DNA of 64,000 nt from Candidatus Poribacteria bacterium (GTDB taxonomy: Bacteria; Poribacteria; WGA-4E; WGA-3G). The notes under the pieces are model-generated. The model saw nothing but the letters and a program-made list of their open reading frames with translations, was not told the origin of the DNA and made no database searches. Positions 28,320-38,987 of the stretch are shown one piece after another. Numbering within the stretch: position 1 is the stretch's first letter; each line of letters opens with the position of its first letter. The stretch lies in assembly GCA_003635315.1 (NCBI GenBank), contig PYJD01000010.1:71470-135469 (forward strand), written 5' to 3'. Made by a program: the position numbers and the translations under genes.

Positions 28320-28432
28320 ATAGCATTTCTGATATATAATGTCTCTCTTTGTAGCATAAACTGTTAGTTTGTGCTACATTACCCTCTATTTCTAACTTTA
28401 GGTAATGAGACAAAAATTAATTGAATGGTATA
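28320..28432. mobile_element. MITE family A
   Basis: Same body as 12960-13075. Confidence 0.8.
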
Positions 28433-28525
28433 AATTAAGGAACACAACGAAGAAAGTAAACGCACAACCGTTTAAAGAAATAGAACATCATCCTGGGTTG
28501 AAATCATAATTTGTCATTCCACTAT

Positions 28526-29599
28526 TTAAGATTTAGCATTATGCCTTAAAAGATGATCAGTAAGGACAAGGGCGGTCATTGCTTCAACTATAGCAGGGGC
28601 ACGTACCAATACACACGGATCATGACGTCCACTTGCTTCTAATGTCACCTCATTTCCTTCCATATCCACAGTCTGTTGCGGTTTTCCTATTGTCGCTGTA
28701 GGTTTGAATGCGACTTGAAATAGAATATCTTCTCCGTTAGAGATACCTCCTTGTGTACCACCAGAATTGTTCGTTCGTGTACGAATACGTCCCGATTCAT
28801 TGTAAAATTCATCATTGTGTTCTGATCCAGTTAAAGTAATACCTGAAAATCCAGATCCAATTTGAAAACCCATTGTAGCAGGAAGTGACATCATCGCTTT
28901 GGCTAAATCTGCCTTCAGTTTATCAAATACCGGTTCACCCAGTCCAACTGGTACGTTTCTTGTGACAGACTCAATAATACCACCAAGTGAATCTTGATCA
29001 CGTCTTGCTTGGTCAATCCGTTCTGCCATTTTTGCACTGACAATTGGATCAGGACACCGTACAGGACTATTTTCAATATCCTCAAGTGTAACAACATCTA
29101 TATCAACCGTTGCTTCAAGTGTATGAATTTGCTTTACAAACGCCAATGTTTCAGTTCCAGATCTTTCGCGTAGAATTTGCTTGGCAATAGCACCAGCAGC
29201 TACACGTCCAATAGTTTCTCTCGCACTGGCTCTACCACCGCCCTGCCAATTCCGAATACCATATTTTTGTTGATATGTAAAATCCGCATGTGAGGGACGG
29301 TATAGGTCTTTCAGATGATTGTAAGCCGAAGGACGGGCATCTTTATTCCATACCAACATCGAAATCGGTGTCCCAAGTGTTTTATCTTCAAATACACCTG
29401 AAAGAATTTCAACAGCATCTACTTCCTGACGTGGCGTGGTTAAATGACTTTGCCCCGGTCTCCTCCGATCAAGTTCGAATTGTATCGCAGATATATCAAT
29501 TTCTATCTGGGGAGGACATCCGTCAATCACAACCCCTACAGCTCCACCATGAGATTCACCCCAAGTGGTTATCCGAAACAGGTGACCAAAAGTATTCAT
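28526..29599 (-). CDS. aroC: Chorismate synthase
   Basis: [36 protein letters not shown] and GRHDPC motifs. Confidence 0.98.
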   Translation of the reverse strand: MNTFGHLFRITTWGESHGGAVGVVIDGCPPQIEIDISAIQFELDRRRPGQSHLTTPRQEVDAVEILSGVFEDKTLGTPISMLVWNKDARPSAYNHLKDLYRPSHADFTYQQKYGIRNWQGGGRASARETIGRVAAGAIAKQILRERSGTETLAFVKQIHTLEATVDIDVVTLEDIENSPVRCPDPIVSAKMAERIDQARRDQDSLGGIIESVTRNVPVGLGEPVFDKLKADLAKAMMSLPATMGFQIGSGFSGITLTGSEHNDEFYNESGRIRTRTNNSGGTQGGISNGEDILFQVAFKPTATIGKPQQTVDMEGNEVTLEASGRHDPCVLVRAPAIVEAMTALVLTDHLLRHNAKS

Positions 29600-29803
29600 T
29601 TCTCTAATTCAACTAACTTATGGAATGGAAATTCTGTTATATTAAGCATGTAAATAACACTGATATTATGCTATACTATACCAAATTGACAATCAACCTG
29701 CAACCATTTTATATCGTGGTAAACACACGCCTCCCACAGTTCAATTATTAAATCAACATATCTTGGAATCTTGCACTTAAACCGATACTTTTAAGGATTT
29801 GTC

Positions 29804-30511
29804 GTGGATCTATTTAAACGTTATTTTGCTCTATTCATCATATTCGTTGGGATTGCCCTGTTATGGAATACAATTATAATCTATCCTCTCAAACTCTTTG
29901 TTGTATTTATGCATGAAGTAAGTCACGGATTAGCTGCTATAGCAACTGGGGGAGAGATAGTAAAAATTGAGGTTAATCAATATCAAGGGGGTATGGCTCT
30001 CACCCAAGGTGGTTCCCGTTTTTGGACTCTAACAGCTGGTTATCTTGGCAGTCTATTATGGGGTGGTATTATCCTACTATTTGCAGCAAGAACACATTTA
30101 GATAAAGGTATCAGTGTGTTTATTGGAATCGGAATGATAGTAATTTCGATCGGATTTGGTTCTGATGTTTTTACTTATCTATTTGGAATCGGATTCGGTG
30201 TAGTTCTTATCCTATTTGGTATATTCCTTCCAGAGGTTATAAATGATTGGATGTTACGGATCATAGGCGTTACAAGTTGTTTATATGCAATTCTTGATAT
30301 CAAGAGTGATGTTTTGGATAGGTCACATTTACGGTCAGATGCAAGGATGTTGTCAGAAGAAATCGGTGTTTTTTCTACTGAAGTATGGGGAATTCTGTGG
30401 ATTTTCATTGCAATCGTCTTAACAATTTGGTTTATATATATTGCTGGGAAATCCACAAGTGCTACAGCAACTGAGGCGAATGAATCCGATACTATGGATA
30501 TGACAGTATAG
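29804..30511 (+). CDS. M50B-like intramembrane metallopeptidase
   Basis: HEVSH, AGY and SDA motifs; multiple TM segments. Confidence 0.88.
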   Translation: MDLFKRYFALFIIFVGIALLWNTIIIYPLKLFVVFMHEVSHGLAAIATGGEIVKIEVNQYQGGMALTQGGSRFWTLTAGYLGSLLWGGIILLFAARTHLDKGISVFIGIGMIVISIGFGSDVFTYLFGIGFGVVLILFGIFLPEVINDWMLRIIGVTSCLYAILDIKSDVLDRSHLRSDARMLSEEIGVFSTEVWGILWIFIAIVLTIWFIYIAGKSTSATATEANESDTMDMTV

Positions 30512-30546
30512 ATTGTATGAATCGCTTCATATTGAAGTATTCATAC

Positions 30547-30840
30547 TATACCATTTCTAAGATATATTATGACACATAAAGTCATTCACCCAACCCGGTA
30601 GGACCGGTTTGGAACCGCTCCATTGGCGTCAATTTAGTCCCTTTCCCAAACAGGGTAGGTTCGGTTTGTAACCGAACCATAGCTGTCAACTTAGTCCCTT
30701 TCCCAAACAGGGTAGGTTCGGTTTGTAACCGAACCATAGCTGTCAACTTAAGAAGATCGTTCCATTTTATGGGTGTCTTTCAGTCCCATAGGGACGGAAT
30801 GTTTATAGAAAACCGTTATCCTGACCTTTCTTGAGTTCCG
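30547..30840. repeat. Composite repeat cluster (MITE A left end, REP hairpins, 57-bp tandem duplication)
   Basis: GGTAGGTTCGGTTTGTAACCGAACC twice; GTCAA(C/T)TTA(A)G motifs. Confidence 0.7.
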
Positions 30841-30861
30841 ATTGTTAAATACGTATCCTAT

Positions 30862-31074
30862 TTATCTTCTAAGTGGACTAAAATCTATATTATAATAACT
30901 TAACAACCATACACAAATTCCCAGAATAAATAATGGAATACAGATTAATACAATAAGGATCAAGACACCCCACACCCATGATCCTTTAGACTTTGCAACT
31001 GTTGCTAAACGGGCAATCAACACCCCACCACCTATTATAATTACCACAACTATACCGAATACTACTATTACCAT
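30862..31074 (-). CDS. Small membrane protein (2 TM)
   Basis: 70 aa hydrophobic ORF with an AGGA RBS. Confidence 0.55.
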   Translation of the reverse strand: MVIVVFGIVVVIIIGGGVLIARLATVAKSKGSWVWGVLILIVLICIPLFILGICVWLLSYYNIDFSPLRR

Positions 31075-31152
31075 ACAACATTCCTAATTCATAACCTGAA
31101 TTTAATGTAAATAGGATAAGCCTTAAACCCTTGAAAATTGTAGAGTCTATTT

Positions 31153-31265
31153 ATACCATTTATAATTGAAAATGTTTCATTGTTGTAGCATAAACTGTTA
31201 GTTTGTGCCTTCTCCGTTTCATTTCTAACAACCGGTAATGAGATAATAATTAATAGAAATGGTAT
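31153..31265. mobile_element. MITE family A
   Basis: ATACCATTT...AGAAATGGTAT ends with the TGTAGCATAAAC hairpin. Confidence 0.75.
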
Positions 31266-31582
31266 TATATTTAGGATACAATGTATCAACTTCTAACGAA
31301 TGATTCCACACCGAATTCAACTCTGTGATTCACCTTGGTTAATACCCAACCTACCGATTGGATATTTCACAAGTATTAAGTAAATTCCTTGAATTGATAT
31401 TCAAATATGAAACCCTTACTATAAAGAATTATGTTATCATAATACAAAACTGATTTTCAAATACAAAACTTTCCTAAAAATAAAAGGGAATTGTCAAAAT
31501 ACACAGACACCTATAAAAACATCTATTTTTCTGATGTCAACCTTTATCTGCTGAAATATCTATCAATTCATTATTCATATCT

Positions 31583-33493
31583 ATGAAACGTCCGTTAAGA
31601 AGTCCTATTACACTACGTGCAACGCTGGTAGGAATACTACTAATCCCATTTAACAGTTATTGGATTTTACATCTGAGTTATATATGGGATTCCAACCGTC
31701 CTACGAGTTTAGCATTACTTTTTAATGTACTTTTTACACTACTTGTACTCATTGCCCTGAATACCCTACTTCGACGAGTGCGACCTACATTCGCTTTCTC
31801 ACAGACTGAACTACTAACTATCTATGCAATGCTCTGTCAGGCATCAGTTTTTGCTGGACGCGACATGCTACAAGTGTTGGTACCTATAATGGGAAATGGA
31901 TTCTGGTACGCAACACCAGAGAACGAATGGGCACAACTATTTCATCAACATCTACCTGAATGGCTAATAGTTGGAGACATGGATATACTCAATGGATTCT
32001 ATAGAGGTGAGTCAACGTTTTATTTACAACCCCATATACAAGCATGGTTAATACCTTCAATGATTTGGGTTGGATTCTGTCTGGTCATCGGTACAACAAT
32101 GCTGTGCATAAACGTTCTATTACGTAGACAATGGCAAGAACACGAACGACTTACCTATCCCATTGCTCAACTCCCACTTGAAATTACACAAGGGCAAAGC
32201 CGTTTTTTCAATCGCCGAACAATGACGGTTGGAATCTGCATTGCTGCTATCCTCAACCTTCTTTATAGTTTACACCAAATAGATCCTATCTTCCCTACCA
32301 TTCCATTGTATCACAATTTTAGACTCACAGAAAAACCGTGGAGTGCGATGAATAATCCAGGATTTCGAATAAGTTTCTTCCCTTTTGCCATAGGTGTAGG
32401 TTTCCTGATACCACTTGATCTTGGATTTTCCTGCTGGTTTTTTCACCTGTTTTGGCATTTTCAGAGAATCACTGGAGAAAGTTTCGGTTGGCGAAGTGCA
32501 ATAGGATTTCCACGGGAGATGGCACAAATTAGAGGTGTATGGATTGCACTGTTTCTATGGACAATGTGGATGGGGAGAACACATTTTAAGAGTGTTATTC
32601 AAATGCTATTCGGGAATCATCTTCACAAGGATTCAGATGAAGGAGAAGCATTACGCTATAGAACTGCAATGATAGGTGCAACTATTGGTTTGGTTGTAAT
32701 CCTTCTATTCTGTTTAAAGGCAGGTATGTCTCTATGGTTTGCTTTTCTGTTCTTTCTTATCTATTTTTGTATGTCGATAACTATCACCCGGATTCGTGCA
32801 GAATTAGGTCCCCCTGCCCACGATCTTTATAATGCAGGAGCAGATCTGTTATTAGTAGATGCCTTTGGCACAAGACGTATTGGAAACCGAAATCTATCTG
32901 TTATGTCACTCTTCTTCTGGTTGAATCATCTCTCATATCGCGCACATCCGATGCCACATCAATTGGAAGCGCTTAAACTTGCACATCAAACACGGTTCAA
33001 TCCGAAACAACTCCTTTGGGTATTAGCAATTGCAATCTTTGTCGGTGCCCTTTCAGCTGCTTGGGGACACTTACATCTATCCTATCAAGTCGGGTTAGAA
33101 AATGCCCGTTCATGGTATGCACGCGCTGCATTTAATCGATTGGCTGGATGGTTATATAATCCAAGTGATACGAATCTCAGCGGTATGTTTTATACTTTTG
33201 GTGGTTTCATGTTCGCACTGAGTTTGTTATTTCTACGATGGCGATTCATTCAATTTCCCCTACATCCGGTCGGATATGTCGTTTCAAGTTGGTGGACTTT
33301 TACTGGACTATGGTTTCCATTGTTAATTAGTTGGACTGTAAAAAGGATATTACTCTCTACCGGTGGTGTAAAATTATACAGACGTGCCATTCCGTTTTTC
33401 ATTGGACTGGTAATCGGGGATGTCATTGTAGCATCGGTGATAAGTATTTTAGGATTATTCCTCAATTTTCAAGTCAGATATCTCAGTTGGTAA
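31583..33493 (+). CDS. Polytopic membrane protein (DUF6785/DUF6784, OPT-like transporter)
   Basis: ELLTIY, RRQWQEHERLTYPI, RIRAELG, FPLHPVGY and PFFIGLVIGD motifs; many TM segments. Confidence 0.75.
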   Translation: MKRPLRSPITLRATLVGILLIPFNSYWILHLSYIWDSNRPTSLALLFNVLFTLLVLIALNTLLRRVRPTFAFSQTELLTIYAMLCQASVFAGRDMLQVLVPIMGNGFWYATPENEWAQLFHQHLPEWLIVGDMDILNGFYRGESTFYLQPHIQAWLIPSMIWVGFCLVIGTTMLCINVLLRRQWQEHERLTYPIAQLPLEITQGQSRFFNRRTMTVGICIAAILNLLYSLHQIDPIFPTIPLYHNFRLTEKPWSAMNNPGFRISFFPFAIGVGFLIPLDLGFSCWFFHLFWHFQRITGESFGWRSAIGFPREMAQIRGVWIALFLWTMWMGRTHFKSVIQMLFGNHLHKDSDEGEALRYRTAMIGATIGLVVILLFCLKAGMSLWFAFLFFLIYFCMSITITRIRAELGPPAHDLYNAGADLLLVDAFGTRRIGNRNLSVMSLFFWLNHLSYRAHPMPHQLEALKLAHQTRFNPKQLLWVLAIAIFVGALSAAWGHLHLSYQVGLENARSWYARAAFNRLAGWLYNPSDTNLSGMFYTFGGFMFALSLLFLRWRFIQFPLHPVGYVVSSWWTFTGLWFPLLISWTVKRILLSTGGVKLYRRAIPFFIGLVIGDVIVASVISILGLFLNFQVRYLSW

Positions 33494-33554
33494 ATTAGAC
33501 AGAATTTGTAGCATTTTTATGTTTTTTATCGTAAAGTTTAGCAGGATTAATAAC

Positions 33555-33740
33555 TATAGTGAACATTGAAAATAATAATACAAAATCCCTGTAGGAGCGA
33601 TCTCCGAATCGCGACTTTACTCAATAATACAAAATCCCTGTAGGAGCGATCTCCGAATCGCGACTTTACTCAGTGATAGTCTGGAATCTGAGTTCCCTCC
33701 TACATCTCAAAATGTTCCATTAATTCAAAAGTCTACTATA
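33555..33740. mobile_element. MITE family B with an internal ~50-bp duplication of the REP unit
   Basis: AATACAAAATCCCTGTAGGAGCGATCTCCGAATCGCGACTTTACTCA occurs twice. Confidence 0.8.
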
Positions 33741-33759
33741 ATCAGTTGAATTAATCATT

Positions 33760-34692
33760 ATGAACACAGAAAATATATCACTCAACGTCAATATCGGCGG
33801 GATTCAGATGCGCAATCCTGTGATGACTGCTTCCGGAACATTTGGATATGGAAGTGAATACGCTGATTTTGTTGACCTTAACTCTCTCGGAGCAGTTGTG
33901 GTGAAGGGAGTGACCAGTGTTCCATGGCAAGGGAATCCTATGAACCGCATTATGGAAACCCCTTCAGGTATGCTCAATGCTATTGGTCTCCAAAACGTCG
34001 GCGTTGACGGTTTTATTTCTGAGAAGTTACCATACCTAAACAATTTTGATGTACCTGTAATTGTTAACGTCTGTGGTAAAACGGTTGAAGAATACCTCTT
34101 AGTGGTTGAAAAGCTGAGTAACGTTGATGGAGTAGCAGGTGTAGAACTCAATATTTCCTGTCCAAATCTTGACTGTGGTGGCATGAGTTTCGGAGTAGAT
34201 CCAACTTTGGCACATCAACTTGTTTCTCAGGTACGAGAGAAAACTGATCTACCATTACTTGTAAAATTATCACCGAATGTTACGGATATCACGATAATTG
34301 CTCGCGCTGTGGAAGATGCCGGTGCAGATGCACTATCAGCAATTAACACCTTACTCGGCATGGCTATAAATGCAAAGACACAAAAGCCTGAAATCGCGAA
34401 TGTCACGGGTGGTCTCTCTGGTCCAGCAATAAAACCTGTAGCATTACGATTGGTATGGGAAGTCTATAAGAGTGTATCACTGCCAATCGTTGGGATGGGG
34501 GGAATTATGAATAGTACAGATGCCGTTGAGTTTTTCATTGCTGGTGCTTCAGCTGTCGCTGTCGGAACAGCTAATTTTATTAATCCACAAGCATCAATTG
34601 AAGTAGCAGCTGGAATCGGGGATTATCTTAAACAGATGGAGATAACTTCAATAAAAGAATTAGTTGGAAGTTTGAAAGTTGCATCAAAATAG
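33760..34692 (+). CDS. pyrD: Dihydroorotate dehydrogenase, class 1B catalytic subunit
   Basis: ASGTFG, NAIGLQN, ELNISCPN, KLSPNVT and GGLSGPAIKP motifs. Confidence 0.96.
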   Translation: MNTENISLNVNIGGIQMRNPVMTASGTFGYGSEYADFVDLNSLGAVVVKGVTSVPWQGNPMNRIMETPSGMLNAIGLQNVGVDGFISEKLPYLNNFDVPVIVNVCGKTVEEYLLVVEKLSNVDGVAGVELNISCPNLDCGGMSFGVDPTLAHQLVSQVREKTDLPLLVKLSPNVTDITIIARAVEDAGADALSAINTLLGMAINAKTQKPEIANVTGGLSGPAIKPVALRLVWEVYKSVSLPIVGMGGIMNSTDAVEFFIAGASAVAVGTANFINPQASIEVAAGIGDYLKQMEITSIKELVGSLKVASK

Positions 34693-34752
34693 TCAATATA
34701 TCAGGATAAAATAGGATAAGACGTATATATAAAACGCGTTTATAGGAGAACT

Positions 34753-35832
34753 ATGCGACATCTGGTAACTCTTGACGATTTATCAAATTATGAAATTGAG
34801 CAAATATTTCGCTTGGCTGCAGGTATGCAATCCCAATTAGATACATGGGCAGGTATCTGTCGTAGCAAATTGTTGGCAACCCTTTTCTACGAACCGAGTA
34901 CACGTACCCGGCTATCTTTTGAAAGTGCAATGGAACGACTTAACGGTGGCACACTCGGGTTTGCTGATCCAGGTGCAACATCCACTACAAAAGGTGAAAC
35001 GCTTGCCGATACTGCACGAATGGTCACCAACTATGCAGATATTATAGTCGTTAGACACAATTTGGCTGGTTCAGCACGAGTCATGGCAAAATATGCAAAT
35101 ATACCCGTCATTAATGGTGGTGATGGAAGTCACACACATCCAACCCAAGCACTAACCGATCTGTATACAATTATTCGACGTAAAGAAAAAGTCGAAGGAC
35201 TAAGTGTAGGTATATGTGGCGATCTTCGCTATGGACGCGCTGCGCATTCCTTTGCATTATCGGTCGCAAGATTTGGCGGGAAACTGGTACATATCGCACC
35301 TGAAGGTTTACAGATGCCACCATGGGTATTGACTCGATTAGATCAAATACACGGACAAAGACCTATTGAAGTAGAAACTTTCTTAGAAGTTATTGACACC
35401 CTTGATGTAATCTATGTTAACCGGCTTCAAGAGGAACGACTTCCTTCCACTGTAGACGTTGAAGAAGTGCGCGGTAGTTACCTCCTAAATTCTGCAGTAA
35501 TGAAAAATGCTAAACCTGATGCTATGATAATGCATCCACTTCCACGTGTAAACGAACTTTCCTACGAATTAGATGATGATCCACGAGCAGCATATTTCGA
35601 ACAATCAGCAAATGCTGTGCCTATCCGAATGGCTCTGATTTCAAGTTTAATGGGTTTAGAACAACTGATTCTAACACAACCCCCACAACGTAAAATCAGT
35701 AGTTCATCCTTTCAATGCAAGAACTCAAATTGCATCACGAATCACGAAACATATCTTAATTCAGAACGTGAAACATTTAATGGTACGGCTGAAGTGAATG
35801 TATGTGCGTATTGTGGAAGCCTTGAGCAATAG
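34753..35832 (+). CDS. pyrB: Aspartate carbamoyltransferase with a C-terminal PyrI-type Zn domain
   Basis: FYEPSTRTR, HPTQ, RLQEER and MHPLPR motifs; tail CKNSNCIT...CAYC. Confidence 0.95.
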   Translation: MRHLVTLDDLSNYEIEQIFRLAAGMQSQLDTWAGICRSKLLATLFYEPSTRTRLSFESAMERLNGGTLGFADPGATSTTKGETLADTARMVTNYADIIVVRHNLAGSARVMAKYANIPVINGGDGSHTHPTQALTDLYTIIRRKEKVEGLSVGICGDLRYGRAAHSFALSVARFGGKLVHIAPEGLQMPPWVLTRLDQIHGQRPIEVETFLEVIDTLDVIYVNRLQEERLPSTVDVEEVRGSYLLNSAVMKNAKPDAMIMHPLPRVNELSYELDDDPRAAYFEQSANAVPIRMALISSLMGLEQLILTQPPQRKISSSSFQCKNSNCITNHETYLNSERETFNGTAEVNVCAYCGSLEQ

Positions 35833-35855
35833 ACCGGACATTATTATTAATATCT

Positions 35856-36157
35856 TATACCATTTCTAAGAAATAATATGACATATAAACACCACCCAAC
35901 CCGGTAGGTTCGGTTTGAAACCGCTCCATAGTCGTCAATTTAAGGATTCTCCAAACATATTTGGGCGATTTCTACTCCTCTTGTAGGTCGGGTAGAGGAA
36001 CGAAACCCGACATGAGCAGCATGCCATAGGTGCATGCTGCGTTGATTCTCTACGAGGACATGTAATCACTAATTTGACACCAATGGAGCGGTTTGGAACC
36101 GCTCCGAATTCATTATAACATGCGTATTTATGACACCTATTCATCTACAAATGGTAT
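35856..36157. mobile_element. MITE family A carrying nested REP and hairpin elements
   Basis: TATACCATTTCT...AAATGGTATT ends; contains GTAGGTTCGG, GTAGGTCGGG and GCAGCATGC..GCATGCTGCGTTGA. Confidence 0.7.
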
Positions 36158-36209
36158 TATTACATGAAATTCTATAAGAAATTAGAATAATGATCCAATA
36201 CTTATGCTT

Positions 36210-37643
36210 CTAATCGTCCTTTTCAAGGATAGCATATTTGGTATAACCCCAAAAGAGATCCCCTGGTCCGATAGCTTGCCAAAGTCCATTAATAAATGTC
36301 AGCACAACAGCATCTTGACGTTCTGGCGATAGCGTACTCCGTGGAAACCTACCCTTTTTCCCCCAGTTTGAATATGTGAGCGGTTCACCATTCTCCCACA
36401 CCCACTGTCCCTCGGTTTTTTCATCGCTCAGTCCAATCCAATAAAGATTATTCCCAAAAACACCTGAAAGCCATTTCTGCTCATTTTCGTCGTTTATAGC
36501 CACCAAGTAAGCCCCATTCAAGGCAGCTTGTTTCTTTGCATCCTTAAGACTTTTACATCGAATCTTTCTGTAGGCATGACCGTTTTCTGGATTCACTAAC
36601 CATTTCTCTAAATCCTTATGTGGTCGGGTTAATGTATTCTCTTCATCAGCTTCTGGTTGAGCAATTTTGGATTTTACAATTATCTGTGGTGGTTCAACCG
36701 GTAATACACGTATCTCTGGTGGCTCAACCGGTAATTCACGAACCTGAATGTTTTCAATTACTTCATTTTGAATAACTGGTTCTCTGACGACAGGTTTAAC
36801 CACTTTTTTCGGTTTTCTTGACAACTTACCAAATAAGCTGGGGAGAGAGGTACTTTTAGCTTTTTCTTCTGTCGGTATTTTCACCGGTTTTGGTTCAGAT
36901 TCATCAACCTCTGTATCTAAAGTCAAAACCAAGTCATCATATCGTGTACCATCTTCTATTAATATCTTTTCTGACTTTGCAGTTTTTCCTTGATGCTTTA
37001 CCGTAACTGTATATTCTGCTGGTACATCATCATTTTGGATATAATGGTTAAAATATCCTTCAGAATCTGTTGTCGCACCTCCACTTGAACTACCACTACC
37101 AGCCCCTTCCAAATCCGCATGATGTACTTCTTTCGAAATAGAGGTATTTGCCAAAGGGGTTCCATCCTTTTGTAGAACTCTGGTACGAATTCGCATACGA
37201 GGACGCACTATGACAACTACATCTTTAATGTGGGTACCAGGTTTCACACTGAATTTAACACCAGGAGTAAAGTGTTCGTAAGAATTATGAATTGTGATTT
37301 CACCAATTTTAGTGGAGATAACTTCATAATCCGGTCGCATCTGCTCTGTATTAAAAGAGTAATTTCCATCCTTATCTTTATACAGATTCCATGGGATCGT
37401 TAATTGAACGGGTATATTTGGAATATTATTGAAGCTAAATTCACCTTTTTCATTAGTCTTTGACCTTATGGAACCCTGAGAGAGTGTAAGTGTAAAGCCT
37501 TGAACCGGTTCCTCATTCCTATCTAATACTATTCCAGAAAGTGTCCCAGTCTGCATCTGTGCGACACAAGGAATGGATGTTAAAAGGTATAAGCCAATAA
37601 TACATAAGAGAAATTTTGTATGGATATTGTCAATATACATCAT
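36210..37643 (-). CDS. Secreted protein with carboxypeptidase-regulatory-like domains and a C-type lectin domain
   Basis: NPENGHAY...YLVAINDENEQKWL...WIGLSD...GQWVWENGEPLTYSNW. Confidence 0.85.
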   Translation of the reverse strand: MMYIDNIHTKFLLCIIGLYLLTSIPCVAQMQTGTLSGIVLDRNEEPVQGFTLTLSQGSIRSKTNEKGEFSFNNIPNIPVQLTIPWNLYKDKDGNYSFNTEQMRPDYEVISTKIGEITIHNSYEHFTPGVKFSVKPGTHIKDVVVIVRPRMRIRTRVLQKDGTPLANTSISKEVHHADLEGAGSGSSSGGATTDSEGYFNHYIQNDDVPAEYTVTVKHQGKTAKSEKILIEDGTRYDDLVLTLDTEVDESEPKPVKIPTEEKAKSTSLPSLFGKLSRKPKKVVKPVVREPVIQNEVIENIQVRELPVEPPEIRVLPVEPPQIIVKSKIAQPEADEENTLTRPHKDLEKWLVNPENGHAYRKIRCKSLKDAKKQAALNGAYLVAINDENEQKWLSGVFGNNLYWIGLSDEKTEGQWVWENGEPLTYSNWGKKGRFPRSTLSPERQDAVVLTFINGLWQAIGPGDLFWGYTKYAILEKDD

Positions 37644-37678
37644 TTTTATATTCCTTTACTATCTATTTATAATTATTA

Positions 37679-38893
37679 TTACTTGTCTTCTTTAGGTTTC
37701 TCTTTTGGATTCTCTTTCTCAAGAACAGCAATTAAGGGTGATCCTCTATGTTGATTAGAACTAAGCAAATTCCATTTTCCGTATGATCTGACTATCACTC
37801 TATCCTGCATATCTATTTTTTCATTCAATGGTTTCTCATTACCCCAGTTTGTATAGGTGACCGGTTCACCACTATGCCATTTCCATTTCCCCTCTTCAAC
37901 CATATATCTGAGTCCAATTATACATTCTGACATACCCGTGATATTCTCAATCCATTTCTCTTCAATTTTATCATTGATTGATACAAGATATGCCTTCTCT
38001 ATGTTTGATTGGTTTAGAGCATCCTCCATACCTTCACAATATATTCTTTTGTAATCATGACCATTAATTGGATTACGTATCCAAACAGCTGGAGTATTTA
38101 GCAATCTATTGAATTCTACGGTTACACGTTCAGGGGTATTGTCATCGAAAGGAATCGGTTTATCATTAAGTTTCAATAACAGATGTACCACTGGTTGTCC
38201 TTCATGAGGCATAAATGGGTCTGATACAGCAAAATATCCCTCATGCTCAATTGCAATTCTATAAAATTGTGGTTCATCATCTATCCTAAGCTTTTCAGTA
38301 AAATACCCCTCTGAATCTGTTCTTCGGGGTCCACGTGACCTTCCAGATCCGCTCCTGTCTATATCATTTCTATTAATCGCTGTCTGGACTTGTGAATCTG
38401 CGATGGGTGTGCCATCTGCAGCAACAACCCTTGCTCGAATTTGAGGTATTATTTTACTTTTAATTTTAATTATCGCATTCTCTATTTTTGCCCCTGGTTC
38501 CAATGAGAATAACATCATTCTGAAAGGGGGTCTTTCCTCTGGAAATAGTGTTAGACCCTCTAAGTCAATTGATAGTATTTTTGTTTCTGTATCATCATCA
38601 CCGATCTGTATTTTTATAGACTCTGGAGGTATGTTAGTCATGGTAAAACTTCCATCTATATCAGTTTGCTGTACTAAATGCGTTATGAATTTCTCTTGTC
38701 TAATTCCACCAGGTTTGATCTTATATGGTCGAATTACCACCCCTATATTAATAACTGGTTCTCCACTTTCATTGACAACAATACCTGATAATGTTGCCTT
38801 TTCTTGAGCATTTACCACCGATGTTATGATTATAAAGAGTGCCAATATTAAGTTGTGTGATATGTTCTTTTGTATTTTACATTTATATTTCAT
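37679..38893 (-). CDS. Secreted C-type lectin domain protein (paralogue of 36210..37643)
   Basis: NPINGHDY...YLVSIND...IGL...WKWHSGEPVTYTNW. Confidence 0.85.
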   Translation of the reverse strand: MKYKCKIQKNISHNLILALFIIITSVVNAQEKATLSGIVVNESGEPVINIGVVIRPYKIKPGGIRQEKFITHLVQQTDIDGSFTMTNIPPESIKIQIGDDDTETKILSIDLEGLTLFPEERPPFRMMLFSLEPGAKIENAIIKIKSKIIPQIRARVVAADGTPIADSQVQTAINRNDIDRSGSGRSRGPRRTDSEGYFTEKLRIDDEPQFYRIAIEHEGYFAVSDPFMPHEGQPVVHLLLKLNDKPIPFDDNTPERVTVEFNRLLNTPAVWIRNPINGHDYKRIYCEGMEDALNQSNIEKAYLVSINDKIEEKWIENITGMSECIIGLRYMVEEGKWKWHSGEPVTYTNWGNEKPLNEKIDMQDRVIVRSYGKWNLLSSNQHRGSPLIAVLEKENPKEKPKEDK

Positions 38894-38987
38894 TTCATAC
38901 CTCCTAAATAATCAACAGGTCTATTTAGTTTTCTAAATTTCCTATACATTTTATTTATTACGTTATTGTTATCCTATATAAGTCTTT

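Noticed and set aside
28261-28413. N-terminal extension of the CHAD gene given by the ORF track
   Set aside because: Most of it is translated MITE A sequence; the same AQTNSLCY peptide appears in spurious ORF 31089..31289.
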